A DNA stretch of 64,000 bases, taken from an uncultured delta proteobacterium (GTDB lineage Bacteria > Desulfobacterota > Desulfomonilia > UBA1062). The notes beneath the pieces are model-generated. The model worked only from the letters and a program-made list of their open reading frames with translations. It was not told the origin of the DNA and searched no databases. The stretch's first letter is position 1. Every line of letters starts with the position of its first letter. The DNA is taken from assembly GCA_963752595.1 (NCBI GenBank), contig CAVVYZ010000001.1, forward strand, positions 160,001 through 224,000, read 5' to 3'. Below are positions 29,449 through 40,157 of the stretch, one piece after another. The translations under genes and the position numbers were made by a program.

Positions 29449-29928
29449 TTAGCTTTTCGTTGGCGGGGCAGGCTGCCGCAACGGTGTTTCAGCAAAGAAT
29501 CTGCTTGCGGAACGTACGAATGTACCCGGCGTGGGAGGCGTGCTCCCTTCAAGATAGATACCCATCTGCTTGAGCTTTTCTATGATGCCGAGCGCTTCGT
29601 CATTGCTGCAGCCCCTTTTTTTGTGGAGGAACACGATCCTGAGCACGAGATTATCCGTGACCATCCTCCTGATATCCGTATCGTCCTTCAATAGGGGTAT
29701 TTCTCTATCGATGCGATCGCGGTTCTGCTCGATGAAAAGCTTCATCTTCTCGTCTTCGCTTGGAAGTGAGAGCAGTGTCCTTGCAACTGCCAGGGCAAGG
29801 AGTGATGCGATATTTTCCTCATGGTCGGTGACATACCTGGCGTAGAGACGCCCGTAAATCCCTGCAAGCACCTGTTTTTCGGCCCTGAGAAGATCCTCTG
29901 CGGAAGGTACTGGTTTGCTGCAATTCAT
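29449..29928 (-). CDS. Hypothetical protein
   Basis: 159-aa helical ORF, AAAGG RBS, co-oriented 13 nt upstream of the EamA gene. Confidence 0.6.
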   Translation of the reverse strand: MNCSKPVPSAEDLLRAEKQVLAGIYGRLYARYVTDHEENIASLLALAVARTLLSLPSEDEKMKLFIEQNRDRIDREIPLLKDDTDIRRMVTDNLVLRIVFLHKKRGCSNDEALGIIEKLKQMGIYLEGSTPPTPGTFVRSASRFFAETPLRQPAPPTKS

Positions 29929-30133
29929 GGTCCTGAACCTTTTCCCCTCTCATGCTGTAAATTTTCACGAAAGAGTGTAACCAAGATCCCGGATAAAGGC
30001 AACCTTGTATTCATGTTTTTTGAGAAGGGGCGGCGCAGCAGCCCCCTCTCTATTTTGCATTTCTTCCCAGTGACTGGTCCGTATACGTGAGCTTTTTGCC
30101 CCTCATCAAGAGGAGAGGGGAGTTTTCTCAATG

Positions 30134-30605
30134 TCATTGCACCGGCTTTGCAATCTGAAGGATCTGCATGGGAAGCTGGATGCCGAGCTCTTTCATCCTT
30201 TTGGTATCGACCATAATCGTCAGATCCTGCTGCCTGAGGATGGAAGCGTATCCGGTTTGACCCCGTCCTTGAGGATCTTTGCCGCCTGCCGGCCCGAATA
30301 GGAGCCGATGGTTGTAAAGTCGGTCCCTACGTAGAAAATGAAGCCCGGATATTTATAATACACAATACTGATCTAACTTGGTGATATTGGGAAAAGCAAG
30401 CCGGATGAGCTTCAGGGCGTCTTTCATATCCGGATACAGGGTCGCGCCCGTAAATCCCTGGCCTGCCTTGGTAAGCGACGCACAGCCGGCAGCCTCGGGG
30501 ATTGCGACGCCGGCAAAGACCATAGGGATGCCTGCTCCGACGATCTTGTCCTTTGCATACTTCGTCGCAGGGGCGACAACGGTGAGCACGAGGTCCGGCT
30601 TTTCG
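30134..30605 (-). pseudogene. Remnant of an ABC substrate-binding protein (paralog of 51380-52414)
   Basis: Fragments KPDLVLTV...GIPMVF..PEAAGCASLTKAGQGFTGATLY..NITKL and DFTTIG..RQAAKILKDGVKP../..LTIMVD..ELGIQLPMQILQIAKPVQ*; N-terminus missing, internal deletion and a frameshift. Confidence 0.8.
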
Positions 30606-30868
30606 CTATGCGGGAAGCATCGCTGAAACCACATGCATAATGCGCCATAGAACAAATTTTCATGGTAATAATATCGGCAGGATGGGAGAGCAAGATCAGG
30701 CAGGGGTATTATTGGGTGAGATGAACGGCATTCACCTTAAGTATACGAGAATCCTGCCGATTCGAATCCCCCTTGTTGATTTCTGCCTATGCCCGGTAAA
30801 CCCGCATGGATATTTGTTCTTGCCAGTACCGGCAAGATATTTTATAGCCAGGGGCGTGGAGGTTACAT

Positions 30869-31471
30869 ATGGGTATTCACGCTCTCTTGGATATGAACAT
30901 CTACATCTGGGTCGTTCTTCCTGTCCTGATCTTTCTCGGCAGGATCATGGATGTGAGCCTCGGCACCATCCGGATAATCTTTATCGCGAGGAACCTCAAA
31001 TTTATCGCCCCGTTCATCGGCTTTTTCGAGGTCATGATATGGCTGCTCGCCGTCAGACAGATCATGCAGGGCGATCATATCAACATTGCATGCTTCGTCG
31101 CCTATGCCTCCGGGTTTGCCTCCGGCACCTATGTGGGCATGTACCTGGAAAACCTTCTCTCCATCGGAAAGGTCCTCATCAGGGTCATTACCCGCAATGA
31201 TTCGAAAGAGCTGGCTGCGTGCCTCAAATCTTCCGGCTTCGGACTGACCTGCGTGGGCGCCGAAGGGGCTACGGGCCCGGTTAACCTGATATTTTCCGTG
31301 GTGGAGCGTCATGACATCCCGCGCATCATCAAAATTATCGAGCAGTTCAGTCCGCATGCCTTCTATACCATCGAAGACGTGCGGTTTGTGAGCGAAAATG
31401 TGTGCCCATTCCGGGTCAAAGAGTCGAAAATGCCTCTCTGGCTCTTAAGCTCCCGGAGAAGAGCCTTATAA
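30869..31471 (+). CDS. UPF0316 (DUF5698/DUF2179) membrane protein
   Basis: RIMDVSLGTIRI, GFFEV.IW, YASGFASG.YVG and P.AFYTIEDVR. Confidence 0.85.
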   Translation: MGIHALLDMNIYIWVVLPVLIFLGRIMDVSLGTIRIIFIARNLKFIAPFIGFFEVMIWLLAVRQIMQGDHINIACFVAYASGFASGTYVGMYLENLLSIGKVLIRVITRNDSKELAACLKSSGFGLTCVGAEGATGPVNLIFSVVERHDIPRIIKIIEQFSPHAFYTIEDVRFVSENVCPFRVKESKMPLWLLSSRRRAL

Positions 31472-31524
31472 GCTTACCCGAAAGGAATTTATTCCCGCTT
31501 TTTTCATCAGGAGAATAATATGGC

Positions 31525-31564
31525 TTGACATGGTTCTCCAATCCATATTATTGGATAAACCAAT
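31525..31564 (+). promoter_or_regulatory. Promoter/operator of the GntR regulator
   Basis: TTGACA at 31525 and ATTGG-ATAAA-CCAAT dyad (31550-31564) 3 nt before the ATG; no SD (near-leaderless). Confidence 0.55.
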
Positions 31565-31567
31565 CCT

Positions 31568-32395
31568 ATGAAAAAGACGGGTCCCCGATCAATTCAGAGT
31601 AGAAGCAGTAATTCCCAGGACCGTGAGAAGCCCCTTCCGAGGCGCATTGCAGACATGCTCCTCGCGCGTATTTTCGTGGGCGAGCTTCAGCCCGGAGACA
31701 AGCTTCCGCCCGACCGGGTGCTTGCTGAACAGCTCGGTGTGGACCGCACCTCCCTGCGTGCAGCCCTGAGCGAACTCGCCGGAAGGAACATCGTCCGGGC
31801 AGTCCAGGGCTCGGGAGTGGTTGTACTCGACTATCGCGAGCATGCAGGGCTCGACTTCCTCGACGCCGTATTCGCCATGCCGGACATCGATCTCGGAAGC
31901 GCCTTCAACAGGGAGCTCCTGGACCACTGGATCGAGGTCGTGCCTGCCATCGCACAGTCGGCGTTCGGCCGTGCCACCCCCTCGGACCTGGCTTCCATCG
32001 ACAGGCTCTTCACGCAGCAGCTCGATCTGCTCGACCGGTGCGGATCGCTGGAAGATTTTGCCTCCATCGAGGTGGAGATCCAGGATACTCTCGTGAAGCT
32101 TGCCGGGAGCACCATCCTGCGGCTGTTCGCCAACTCCATGCGCAAGCTCCGCCTGCAGTTCGCCATCTCGTTTTTCCGGTATGTCGACAGGCGCAGGCAC
32201 GTCATCACACAGCGTGCCTGGGTCCAAGACCAGATGGCAGGAAAAACAAAGCCGGAAGACGTATCCTCCCGGCTTCGGTCCTATCTCATCGAGCAGACGC
32301 AAACGCAGCGGGAGCGCTTGTCAAGGCTGCCGTCGAACCCGAGCCGCCGCACAAAGCAAAGAACTCCGGGAACACCGGGCAAAAGCGGCACATGA
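31568..32395 (+). CDS. GntR/FadR-family regulator
   Basis: PGDKLPPDRVLAEQLGVDRTSLRAAL...QGSG wHTH; FadR-like GLDFL linker. Confidence 0.88.
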   Translation: MKKTGPRSIQSRSSNSQDREKPLPRRIADMLLARIFVGELQPGDKLPPDRVLAEQLGVDRTSLRAALSELAGRNIVRAVQGSGVVVLDYREHAGLDFLDAVFAMPDIDLGSAFNRELLDHWIEVVPAIAQSAFGRATPSDLASIDRLFTQQLDLLDRCGSLEDFASIEVEIQDTLVKLAGSTILRLFANSMRKLRLQFAISFFRYVDRRRHVITQRAWVQDQMAGKTKPEDVSSRLRSYLIEQTQTQRERLSRLPSNPSRRTKQRTPGTPGKSGT

Positions 32396-32496
32396 ACCGT
32401 GGGTCTTAACGAGGTCCAGGGGGCGTGCGAGGCCCTTCACTCAGGCAAATCCGGCGACGTGAAGATCGTTATCAGACCGTGAAAGGGAGAGAGCCC

Positions 32497-33528
32497 ATGG
32501 AAAAGATCGCATATTTCGATTCGACGCACGACATGCCCGAGGAGATCCTCATGGCGGCGGGGTTTGTTCCGTACAAGATCATGGGGGATGTGCACACCCC
32601 GCTCGAGACCGTGGACTCGTGCCTTGCAGCCTTTTTCTGCCCTGCTGCAAAGAGCTTCATGGTCGAGGCCCTGAACTCATCGAAGGACTGGGCAGGGATC
32701 GTGTTCGCTCACGGGTGCGACGCCACCAACCGCCACTTCGATGTGTGGAAGATGCACGTGAAGACGCCGTTTCAGTACTGGCTGAACGTGCCGCTCAACA
32801 CCGATGCGACAGCGGCCGGGTTCTTCAAGAAGGAGATGGAGCGTTTCATCGCAAGCCTGGAGAAGCAGTACGGCGTAAGCATCACCAGAGACGGGCTGAA
32901 AAAGGCCGTCAGGGACTCCAATGCGATCAAGAAAAAGCTCCAGGGTCTGGGGGCGCTCAGGGCGAGTAAGGATATCCCCAACGCGGATTACTTCGATGTG
33001 ATGAAAAAGACCCTGCAGCTCCCCAAGGTTGAAGTCTTGAGCCTCCTCGACCGGACGCTGGAAGACTGGCGGAAGAGGCCTGTCTTCCCCGGAGACAGAA
33101 CCCCTGTCCTGCTCACCGGCTCGGATGTCACCTACCGGGAGTTCATGGAAATCCTCGATATCGCAGGCTTAAGGGCCGTACGGGACGACCTGTCCATCGG
33201 CGAGCGCTACTATGCAACCCTGATCCCGGAGGATGAGGACCTCCTCGATGCGCTCATCAGCTACCATTTCGCAAAGCCTGCACCCCCGACAAAGAATCCG
33301 CCGGCCCGAAGGCTGGACTACCTCTTAAGCTGCATGGAAAATACCGGGATCGAAGGCGTCGTGTCCCAGAATGTAAAGTTCTGCGAGCCCTTTGCCCTTG
33401 ATTCCGTGCTCATCAACAAGGCGCTCAAGGAAAAGGGGTATCCGCTCATCCATATCGAGCGTGACTTTACCCCCAACATCGACAACACCCTGGTGACCCG
33501 TCTGCAGGCATTCAGGGAACTGCTCTAA
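32497..33528 (+). CDS. 2-hydroxyacyl-CoA dehydratase/benzoyl-CoA reductase family subunit (HgdB/BcrC-like)
   Basis: PEEILMAAG, FFCP, HGCD, LLTGS, DDL..GERY and KFCEP. Confidence 0.85.
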   Translation: MEKIAYFDSTHDMPEEILMAAGFVPYKIMGDVHTPLETVDSCLAAFFCPAAKSFMVEALNSSKDWAGIVFAHGCDATNRHFDVWKMHVKTPFQYWLNVPLNTDATAAGFFKKEMERFIASLEKQYGVSITRDGLKKAVRDSNAIKKKLQGLGALRASKDIPNADYFDVMKKTLQLPKVEVLSLLDRTLEDWRKRPVFPGDRTPVLLTGSDVTYREFMEILDIAGLRAVRDDLSIGERYYATLIPEDEDLLDALISYHFAKPAPPTKNPPARRLDYLLSCMENTGIEGVVSQNVKFCEPFALDSVLINKALKEKGYPLIHIERDFTPNIDNTLVTRLQAFRELL

Positions 33529-33539
33529 AGGGAGGCGAC

Positions 33540-34835
33540 ATGTCCGATATGCAAGCCCCTGTACAGGAAAAGAAAAAGATCAGGATGAAGTATACGCAGT
33601 CTGCCTCCGACCTGCTGGGCATCGTCATGAACTATATGGCGGATGCGGCAAAAGCCTCGCAGGACCCCCTTAGGAGATCCGCCTGGGTTACCGCAGGTTT
33701 TCCTGTGGAGCTCACGTGGGCGCTGGACGTGTTCTGCCTCATGCCGGAAAACTCGGCCATCGTGGCCGCGCTGCAGGGCAAGTCCCTGGAGATGATCGAG
33801 CACATGGAGAGCGAGGGCTACTGCCGCGATCTGTGCAGCTACATGAAGACCGGCATGGGCGCTTTCAGGAAAGGCCTGCCCATGCACGAGGGAGGGATAT
33901 TCAACCCCGATGTGATCCTTGCCGCCAACACCATCTGCGACACCCACTGGAAATGGTTCGAGATAGAGGCCCGCAGGCTGGGCGTCCCGTACTTCTGCTA
34001 CGACGTGCCGAGCTTCGTCTCGGGATCGGACGACGAGCGGATGGCGGAATATGTCGATTACGTCGAAGAGCAGACCTACAATTACTTCGGCTTCATGGAA
34101 AAGCACTTCGGTGTGCATATAGACGAAGCGCATTTCATGGCCGTCTTTGCCAACTCGGAGCGCCTGACCGACCTCTGGTGGCAGATCATGGATCTGCGCA
34201 GGCGGATACCGTCACCGTATCTCATCCAGGAAACCATCAACGCGCTGTTCCCGCTCGCCATCCTCATCGGCCTGGAGCAGAGCATCACGCTCTTCGAAAA
34301 GATCAGAAACGAGCTTGCGCAACGGGTGGACAAAGGCGAAGGCGCCGTAGCCAAAGGCGAAGAAAAATACCGGCTCATCTGGGAAGGCATCCCCATCTGG
34401 CACCGGACAAAGCTCTATAACGAGCTCCTGCAGTACGGGGCCGTGGTCGCTTACGAGCCGTACACCGAATCCTTCGGCGTGCGGAGGAAGGTGATGCCCA
34501 CATTCAAGGAACAGGTGAGCGAGATTGCGAAGGGATTCATCCACCTCCCGTACAACTACAATCTTGAGACCCGCATCCCCTACTTCGAAAAGCTCATCGA
34601 CGAGTACCGTATCGACGGCGTCATCCTGCACCACAATATGAGCTGCAGGCCGTCCGCAACGTCCATGATGGACCTCAAGAACGCCATCCAGAGGGACAAG
34701 GGCATACCGGTATTCCTCTTAGACTGCGACCAGGCCGACCCCAGAGCCTATTCCGAGGGCCAGGTGAGGACGCGCATGGAGGGTTTCATCGAGCTCATGG
34801 AGGGAAACGCTCATGCCCGCAGCAGCGCAGGGTAG
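33540..34835 (+). CDS. 2-hydroxyacyl-CoA dehydratase/benzoyl-CoA reductase family subunit (HgdA/BcrB-like)
   Basis: PEN, DLCSY, ICD..KWF, RLIWEG.P.W, SCRP and DQADPR.YSE.Q..TR.E.F.E. Confidence 0.88.
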   Translation: MSDMQAPVQEKKKIRMKYTQSASDLLGIVMNYMADAAKASQDPLRRSAWVTAGFPVELTWALDVFCLMPENSAIVAALQGKSLEMIEHMESEGYCRDLCSYMKTGMGAFRKGLPMHEGGIFNPDVILAANTICDTHWKWFEIEARRLGVPYFCYDVPSFVSGSDDERMAEYVDYVEEQTYNYFGFMEKHFGVHIDEAHFMAVFANSERLTDLWWQIMDLRRRIPSPYLIQETINALFPLAILIGLEQSITLFEKIRNELAQRVDKGEGAVAKGEEKYRLIWEGIPIWHRTKLYNELLQYGAVVAYEPYTESFGVRRKVMPTFKEQVSEIAKGFIHLPYNYNLETRIPYFEKLIDEYRIDGVILHHNMSCRPSATSMMDLKNAIQRDKGIPVFLLDCDQADPRAYSEGQVRTRMEGFIELMEGNAHARSSAG

Positions 34836-34896
34836 TCTGTATCAGAGCCTGGCCAGTGACCTTATATTCAATTGAATGTTCAGTTAATTACGTGAT

Positions 34897-35523
34897 ATGG
34901 ATACATCCATGAGAGCGCGAAAGAATGCAGAACTGAGGAAACCGGAAATCCTGGGGTTCTTTTACGAGACCATCGTCGAGGAAGGCATCGAAGGTGCGTC
35001 CATCGGCAAAGTAGCAAAGAGGATGGGCATCCATCCGAGCCTCATCATGCACTACTTCTCCACCAAGGAAAACATGATGATCGAGATGGTGGATTACATC
35101 ATCAGGGAATACTCGGACTTGCTGAACAACATCCATGTCGACAAGGACGACCCGCATGCCAGGCTCCACCAGCTCCTGGGTGTGCTCTGGGGCGAGCAGT
35201 GGTACGGGATGACCAACATCGCCGCGGATTTCTCGGTCATTTCGGTGAGCTTCCGGAATAATGAGATAAACGAGCGGCTTAAGCACCTCTATTCTCTGTT
35301 CAGGAAATACCTGTGCCGGGAGCTGAAGACATTCACCAAAGCAGGGATCATCCGGGTCGAAGACCCGCTCGTCACTGCCGACATCATCATCACCATGCTG
35401 GAAGGGTATCGTCACTTCAAGCATTTCTACGTGGATGAGCAATCCTCCGGCAGATTCCGGGAGGAGATGAAAAAGGCAGCGCTGTCCATGCTGAACTATG
35501 AACCCGGCGCCATGGGAAGCTGA
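34897..35523 (+). CDS. TetR-family regulator
   Basis: EGIEGASIGKVAKRMGIHPSLIMHYFSTKE HTH; upstream dyad AATTGAATGTTCAGTT. Confidence 0.9.
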   Translation: MDTSMRARKNAELRKPEILGFFYETIVEEGIEGASIGKVAKRMGIHPSLIMHYFSTKENMMIEMVDYIIREYSDLLNNIHVDKDDPHARLHQLLGVLWGEQWYGMTNIAADFSVISVSFRNNEINERLKHLYSLFRKYLCRELKTFTKAGIIRVEDPLVTADIIITMLEGYRHFKHFYVDEQSSGRFREEMKKAALSMLNYEPGAMGS

Positions 35524-35635
35524 CGAAGATGATCACCGGGTTTTCTTAAACGGACGGATCGAATGAGCTGCCCGGATTCGCGGGAGACGGCAGCCCATTA
35601 CTTTGACATAGAAAAATGAAGACGGAGGAAGGAAC

Positions 35636-36511
35636 ATGAAGGCAGAGGACATCAAGCGCGTACTCATCATCGGTTCAGGCACCATGGGCCGGCAGATCGG
35701 CTTTTATTGCGCACTGCACGGCTGCGACGTGATCCTCTACGACCTGAACCGGGAGATCCTGGATAAGGCCGTAAAGGGTCTGGAAAAGCTTGCAAAAGAC
35801 TATGCCGCCCAGTGGAAAACGCCCCAGGACGAGATCGATGGGGCCATGCACAGGATAATCCCCTCGTGCTCCCCGGAAGAGGCAGCTATCGATATCGATC
35901 TCGTGAACGAATCCGTGCCCGAAGACCCGGCGCTCAAAGCGAAGATCTTTGCGCAGTTCGATGCCCTGTGTCCGGAGCACACTATCTTCACCACCAACAC
36001 CTCGACGCTCCTTCCCTCCATGATTGCCGGGGCGACGGGCAGGCCCGAGAGGTTCCTGGCCTTCCACTTCCACGATATCCTCCTCACGGGCATCGTGGAT
36101 GTCATGCCCCATTCCGGGACACTGCCCGAGATTACGGAGGCGGTGAGGGAGTTCTCGTTGAGGATCGGGCTTGACCCCATCGACATCAAGAAGGAAAGTC
36201 TGGGCTATGTGTTCAATTACATGCTCATGGGCTTCTTTCATTCGGCCCAGACCCTGGCAGCGCGCGGGGTTTCAACCGTAGCGGACATCGACCGCGCCTG
36301 GAAGGGCGTCACCCACATGGACATGGGCCCATTTGCCATGATGGACAGGATCGGCCTCGATACCGTGTGGATCGTCACGGAGTACTGGTCGAAGAAGAGC
36401 AAGGACCCCCAGAGCGTCAAGAATGCCGAGTTCCTCAAACACTACGTAGAGAGGGGCGAGCTCGGCTGCAAGAGCGGCAAAGGCTTCTATGAATACAAGA
36501 AATCCGAATGA
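35636..36511 (+). CDS. 3-hydroxyacyl-CoA dehydrogenase
   Basis: IGSGTMG, ESVPED..K, TNTSTL, FHF, GYVFN, GPF.MMD.IGLD and G.KSGKGFYEY. Confidence 0.92.
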   Translation: MKAEDIKRVLIIGSGTMGRQIGFYCALHGCDVILYDLNREILDKAVKGLEKLAKDYAAQWKTPQDEIDGAMHRIIPSCSPEEAAIDIDLVNESVPEDPALKAKIFAQFDALCPEHTIFTTNTSTLLPSMIAGATGRPERFLAFHFHDILLTGIVDVMPHSGTLPEITEAVREFSLRIGLDPIDIKKESLGYVFNYMLMGFFHSAQTLAARGVSTVADIDRAWKGVTHMDMGPFAMMDRIGLDTVWIVTEYWSKKSKDPQSVKNAEFLKHYVERGELGCKSGKGFYEYKKSE

Positions 36512-36521
36512 GGGAGGCAAA

Positions 36522-38511
36522 ATGAAGTATCCCAGGTTGTTTTCACCCATAGAGATCAACGGCATGGCTGTCAGGAACCGGTCGGTCATGCCGGCCATAG
36601 GAACTGCATACGGTAACATGGACTGCACGGTGAGCGACCGGTATGTCGAATTCCTTGCCGCACGGGCACGGGGAGGCACCGGCCTGATCATTACCGAGGT
36701 ATGCGCGGTGCTGCCGCGCGGCAAAGGTTTCCCCAACGAGATCGGTTCCTGGAGCGACGACTTCATCCCCTCCCTGGCGAAGATCCCTGAGGCCCTCCAC
36801 CGGGAGGGTGCCTGATGCAGCGCTCCAGCTCCATCATGCCGGGAGGGAGACAACGGAGTTTGCGACAGGAGCCATGCCCGAGGCGCCGTCTCCGATCCCC
36901 AGCGCCATCCTGCAGCAGCCCTGCGAGGAGATGAGCCTCGACCGCATCGCGGTTGTGATCGACGCCTATGGGCAGGCGGCCGTGAGGGCGAAGAAGGCCG
37001 GGTTCGACGCAGTGGAAATCCACGGCGCGCACGGCTACCTCATCACCCAGTTCCTCTCCCCCTTTTCCAACCAGAGGCAGGACGCATACGGCGGGAGCGA
37101 CGAGAACCGGGCGCGCTTCGCGCTCGAGGTTATCGAGTCGGTCAGGGGCGCGGTGGGAAAGGATTTCCCGGTCATCATCAGGGTCTCGGCAGACGAGATG
37201 ATCCGCGGCGGGTATGACCTGGAATTCATGAAATGGCTCGCTCCGCGGCTGGTATCTGCCGGGGTTGATGCCATCCATGCCTCCATCGGCGTGTACTCCA
37301 CGCCGGGAAACCTGAGCATCGCATCCATGGAGACCGAGCCCGGGTTCAACCTGTTCCGTGCGCGAGCCATCAAAGAGCTGGTAAAAGTCCCGGTGATCGG
37401 GGTGGGGCGCATCAACGATCCGGAGCAGGCAGAGGAAGCCATCGCCAGGGGAGATGCCGACCTCATCTCCTTCGGCAGGCAGCACCTGACCGATCCCGAT
37501 TTCATGAACAAGGCGCGCTCCGGGGATCTCGACGATATCCGCTGGTGCGTTGCCTGCAACCAGGGCTGCATCGAGCGGCTGAGCTTCGAGATGAAATCCG
37601 CCACCTGCACCTTCAATCCGGTGTGCGGAAGGGAGTTCAAAGAGACTCCCGTATCGGGGGGCAGCGAAAAGGGATCGAACCCTCCCACTGCTGCGGACAC
37701 AAAGGCCAAGGGGCCGGCAGAAGTCCGAAAGAAGGTCTGGGTCATCGGGGCAGGTCCGGCAGGCCTTTCCGCAGCCCTGGCCGCTTCCGAATCCGGGCAC
37801 GAGGTCGAAGTGTTCGAGAGGGACGTTTCACCCGGAGGCCAGCTTCAGCCCGCGAGCTCTCCGCCCCACAAGGAGGCCTTCCTGGGATGGGTGAACTGGA
37901 TCATGCGGCAGCTGGACAAGCGCGGCGTACGGGTACGCTTCCAGGATGAGATAACCCTCAGCCGTCTTCAAGTGAATCCCCCGGATGCCGTGATCCTTGC
38001 AACCGGGGCATATCCGGTGGCGGCTCCCATCCCCGGCATCGATCAAAAGCATGTCCTGGACGCCCGGGATGTGCTTACGGGCAAGGTAGAAATCTCGAGC
38101 CCTGCGGTGATCCTCGGCGCCGGATACGTGGGCATGGAGACCGCGGAGTTCCTCCTCATGCACGGGATCAAGACAGCGGTGGTAGAGATGCTCGCGAGAC
38201 CTCCTGTGGGAAAAGAGACCGCCCACGGGTACTGGCTGCACAAGAGCATCAGGGAGGCGGGCGGCAGGCTGATGTTCGGCGCAACCGTGAAGAACATCGG
38301 CGCAGATGCGGTTGAATATACGCAGCAGGGCCGGGAGATGTCGGAGCCTGCAGCCATGGTGGTCACCGCCATGGGCGCCAGGCCGGAAAACAGCCTGGAA
38401 GAAAGCCTTCAACAGCTCAAGATCCCCTATGTTATCATCGGCGATGCCAAGAGCCCGAGACGGCTCCTGGAGGCGATCCACGAAGGGCACCGCGCCGGGA
38501 GGGAGATCTAG
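36522..38511 (+). CDS. NADH:flavin oxidoreductase (Old Yellow Enzyme + [4Fe-4S] + FAD; 2,4-dienoyl-CoA reductase/BaiCD-like); one +1 indel near 36813
   Basis: LFSPI, RARGGTGLIITE, QLHHAGR, EIHGAHGYL..QFLSP..NQR.D.YGG, CVACNQGC...C..NP and IGAGPAGL. Confidence 0.88.
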
Positions 38512-38636
38512 AGGTATCCAACCGGACAGATCCGGCCCGGTATTCTTCCCGAAACGTGTCGTGTGCTGAACAATGATGAGGCGGGATTTTCGTCTTTATC
38601 CTGCCTCATCATCTATTACTCCGATCAAAAGGTCTT

Positions 38637-40157
38637 TCAGGAAATAAACAGGTTGTTCGTCGCAAAATTCGGGTCGCTTGTCACGTTTACCCCGATGCGC
38701 CTCAGTCCTGCCTCGTCGCCGGGAGTGGGGATGTGGGTCATGTGCACCTCGCAGCCCCTCAAGTCTTTAATCCTTTCCAGGGCGAGCTTGGCCGCAGGGT
38801 TGCCGATGGCGCTGATGCTCAACGATACGAGGGTCTCTTCGAGGTCGAGGCTCACGGTTTTTTCTTCCAGGATCTCGGTTTTGAAGTTCCGCAGCGACTC
38901 GATGATGTTTGTGGGAAGCAGCTCGAGCTTTTCCGGGATCTCGGCGAGGTGCTTGATGGCCTTGAGGATCAGGCTCGATGCGGCGTGCATCATGGGAGAG
39001 TTGCTGCCTGTGACGATGGTGCCGTCTTTAAGCTCGATGGCTGCCCCGCAGTAGATACCCTCGTTGCCCTTTGTCTCGTCGTCTTGCGCCTCCACGGCGG
39101 TTTTCCTTGAGGGAACCACGGTGCTGCGGTATTCGGAAGTGATGTCGAAATCCTTCATGAGGAGCTCGACCCGCTGCACGGTCTCTTTGTCTGTGAACCC
39201 CATCGCGTATTCGCACTGGTAGCGGAAGTAGCGGCGGATCACCTCCTGGCGGGAGGCCTCCCTGACCACCTCGTCGTCCACGATGGCAAAGCCTGCGCGG
39301 TTCACGCCCATGTCCGTGGGCGACTTGTAGAAAGACTCACCGCCCGTGATCTTTTCCAGGATGCGCTTGAGCACGGGGAACACTTCCACATCACGGTTGT
39401 AGTTCACCGAGGTCTTTCCGTAGGCCTCGAGGTGGAACGGGTCGATGAGGTTGAAATCCCTGATGTCTGCAGTAGCGGCCTCATAGGCTATGTTGACCGG
39501 GTGCTTGAGAGGAATGCTCCAGATGGGGAAGGTCTCGAACTTGGCATAGCCTGCTTTCATGCCCCGGTGGTAGTCATGGTAGAGCTGTGATAGGCACGTG
39601 GCGAGCTTGCCGCTGCCCGGACCGGGGCCGGTCACGATCACGAGGGGTTTGTTCGATTCGATATAGGCGTTCGCCCCATAGCCCTCGTCGCTGACGATGA
39701 GGTCGATGTCGGTGGGGTATCCCTTGGTGTACCGGTGCGTGTAGACCTTGATGCCGCGCCTTTCGAGCTTGTTCTTGAACAGGCTCGCCGACGGCTGGCC
39801 TTCATAGCGCGTGATCACCACGCCGAGCACGTCGATGCCCCAGGTTTTGAGATCGTCGATGAGCTTCATGGCATCCGAATCATAGGTGATGCCGAAGTCG
39901 GCCCTGATTTTCTTGCGCTCGATATCACCCGCATAGATGCACAGGATGATGTCCGCCTTGTCCTTGAGCTCCTTAAGGAGCCTCATCTTTACATTCGGAT
40001 CGTATCCCGGAAGGACCCGCGCTGCATGATAATCGTACAGGAGCTTGCCGCCGAATTCGAGATAGAGCTTGTTATTGAACCGCTCTACCCTTTCGAGAAT
40101 TTCTTTTGTCTGTTCCCTGAGATAGCGTTCGTTGTCGAATCCTATGGTAGATTTCAT
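38637..40157 (-). CDS. DUF1846 (UPF0371) protein
   Basis: GFDNE.YL, KLYLEFGGKL..D.HAARVLPG, GPGSGK.ATCLSQLYH, GYAKFETFP.W and YKSPTDMGVN. Confidence 0.92.
   Translation of the reverse strand: MKSTIGFDNERYLREQTKEILERVERFNNKLYLEFGGKLLYDYHAARVLPGYDPNVKMRLLKELKDKADIILCIYAGDIERKKIRADFGITYDSDAMKLIDDLKTWGIDVLGVVITRYEGQPSASLFKNKLERRGIKVYTHRYTKGYPTDIDLIVSDEGYGANAYIESNKPLVIVTGPGPGSGKLATCLSQLYHDYHRGMKAGYAKFETFPIWSIPLKHPVNIAYEAATADIRDFNLIDPFHLEAYGKTSVNYNRDVEVFPVLKRILEKITGGESFYKSPTDMGVNRAGFAIVDDEVVREASRQEVIRRYFRYQCEYAMGFTDKETVQRVELLMKDFDITSEYRSTVVPSRKTAVEAQDDETKGNEGIYCGAAIELKDGTIVTGSNSPMMHAASSLILKAIKHLAEIPEKLELLPTNIIESLRNFKTEILEEKTVSLDLEETLVSLSISAIGNPAAKLALERIKDLRGCEVHMTHIPTPGDEAGLRRIGVNVTSDPNFATNNLFIS

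Noticed and set aside
30673-30761. 11-bp inverted repeat ATCGGCAGGAT/ATCCTGCCGAT as a MITE
   Set aside because: No target-site duplication, no second copy and no transposase in the window.
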